DNA from: Polyangiaceae bacterium
Lineage (GTDB): Bacteria > Myxococcota_A > Polyangia > Polyangiales > Polyangiaceae
DNA: 64,000 nt
Direction of reading: 5' to 3'
Assembly: GCA_044222475.1 (NCBI GenBank)
Contig: JBGANF010000001.1
Span: 96,001-160,000 of the forward strand
Under the pieces are notes generated by a model. That model saw only the letters and a list, made by a program, of their open reading frames with translations. It did not search any database and was not told the origin of the DNA. Shown one piece after another: positions 63,483-64,000 of the stretch (its first letter is position 1; every line of letters starts with the position of its first letter). The translations under genes and the position numbers were made by a program.

Positions 63483-64000
63483 ATGCTGGTGTCCGAGATC
63501 ACCGACGCCCTCGAAGCGATCGCGCCGCTGCGCTTCGCCGAGAGCTGGGACAACGTCGGGCTCCTGGTCGGGAGCCCGGATCACTTGGTGACGAAGGTCA
63601 TCTTGTGCATCGACTACACCGACGCCGTCGCCAAAGAGGCCGACGCGAAGCGCGCCGATTTCGTAGTCGCCTATCACCCCATCATCTTCGACGGGATCAA
63701 GCGCATCGCCGGCGACACGCTGATCTACGACGCGATCAAGAAGGGCCGCGCGATCTACAGCCCCCACACCGCGCTCGACATCGCCGAGGGCGGCACGAAC
63801 GACGTCCTCGCCGACGCGGTCGGGATGACGGCGCGCCACCCGCTTCGCAAATTCGGCCGCCGCAAGGACGACGAAGAGAACATGGGCCTCGGGCGAGTGG
63901 GACCGGTAAACGCGCGCACCCGCGCCGACCTGGTCGCTCAGGTGAAGACGAACCTGAAGCTCGCGACCGTGCTCGTCGCAGGACCGGCCGACGGGCCGGT
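63483..64000 (+). CDS. Nif3-like dinuclear metal centre protein (YbgI family), 5' part (runs off the window)
   Basis: Manual translation: MLVSEITDALEAIAPLRFAESWDNVGLLVG...CID...AYHPIIF...IYSPHTALD...GGTNDVLA...GLGRVG. Confidence 0.92.
   Translation, partial: MLVSEITDALEAIAPLRFAESWDNVGLLVGSPDHLVTKVILCIDYTDAVAKEADAKRADFVVAYHPIIFDGIKRIAGDTLIYDAIKKGRAIYSPHTALDIAEGGTNDVLADAVGMTARHPLRKFGRRKDDEENMGLGRVGPVNARTRADLVAQVKTNLKLATVLVAGPADGP

Overview
High-GC bacterial DNA. The gene content (three eukaryotic-type Ser/Thr kinases, TPR/PEGA-like secreted proteins, Cys-rich lipoproteins, an MXAN_5187-type protein) points to a myxobacterium, probably Polyangiaceae/Sorangiineae-like; this is an inference. Most of the window is intact, densely packed chromosome: trxB (partial), a FadL-like outer-membrane protein, tmk, panC, a ~14.7 kb MoxR AAA+/ABC/DUF58/vWA operon, a zinc metallopeptidase, a CAT-anticodon tRNA, yitJ, FAD oxidoreductases, HIT, amine oxidase, C69 peptidase, prfA-DUF1385-rpmE, TolC, a degenerate GpsA paralogue and a Nif3-like gene (partial). 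Four accessory patches stand out. (1) 48272-49930: two inverted, frameshifted four-helix-bundle (23S-IVP/Avd-like) genes with a shared leader, enclosed by (CCGCTT)n arrays that run from one flanking stop codon to the other. (2) 55657-56334: a small gene bracketed by inverted REP-like double-hairpin elements, with a third copy at ~61980. (3) ~42470-44004: a more AT-rich islet with a putative orphan toxin-tip remnant coupled to a pentapeptide-repeat gene, plus a broken Ig-like lipoprotein gene. (4) 31131-31211: a perfect 29-bp inverted repeat. Many genes have a TANNNT hexamer 6-8 nt before the start codon and no Shine-Dalgarno, suggesting leaderless mRNAs. All calls come from reading the sequence by eye; no searches were run.
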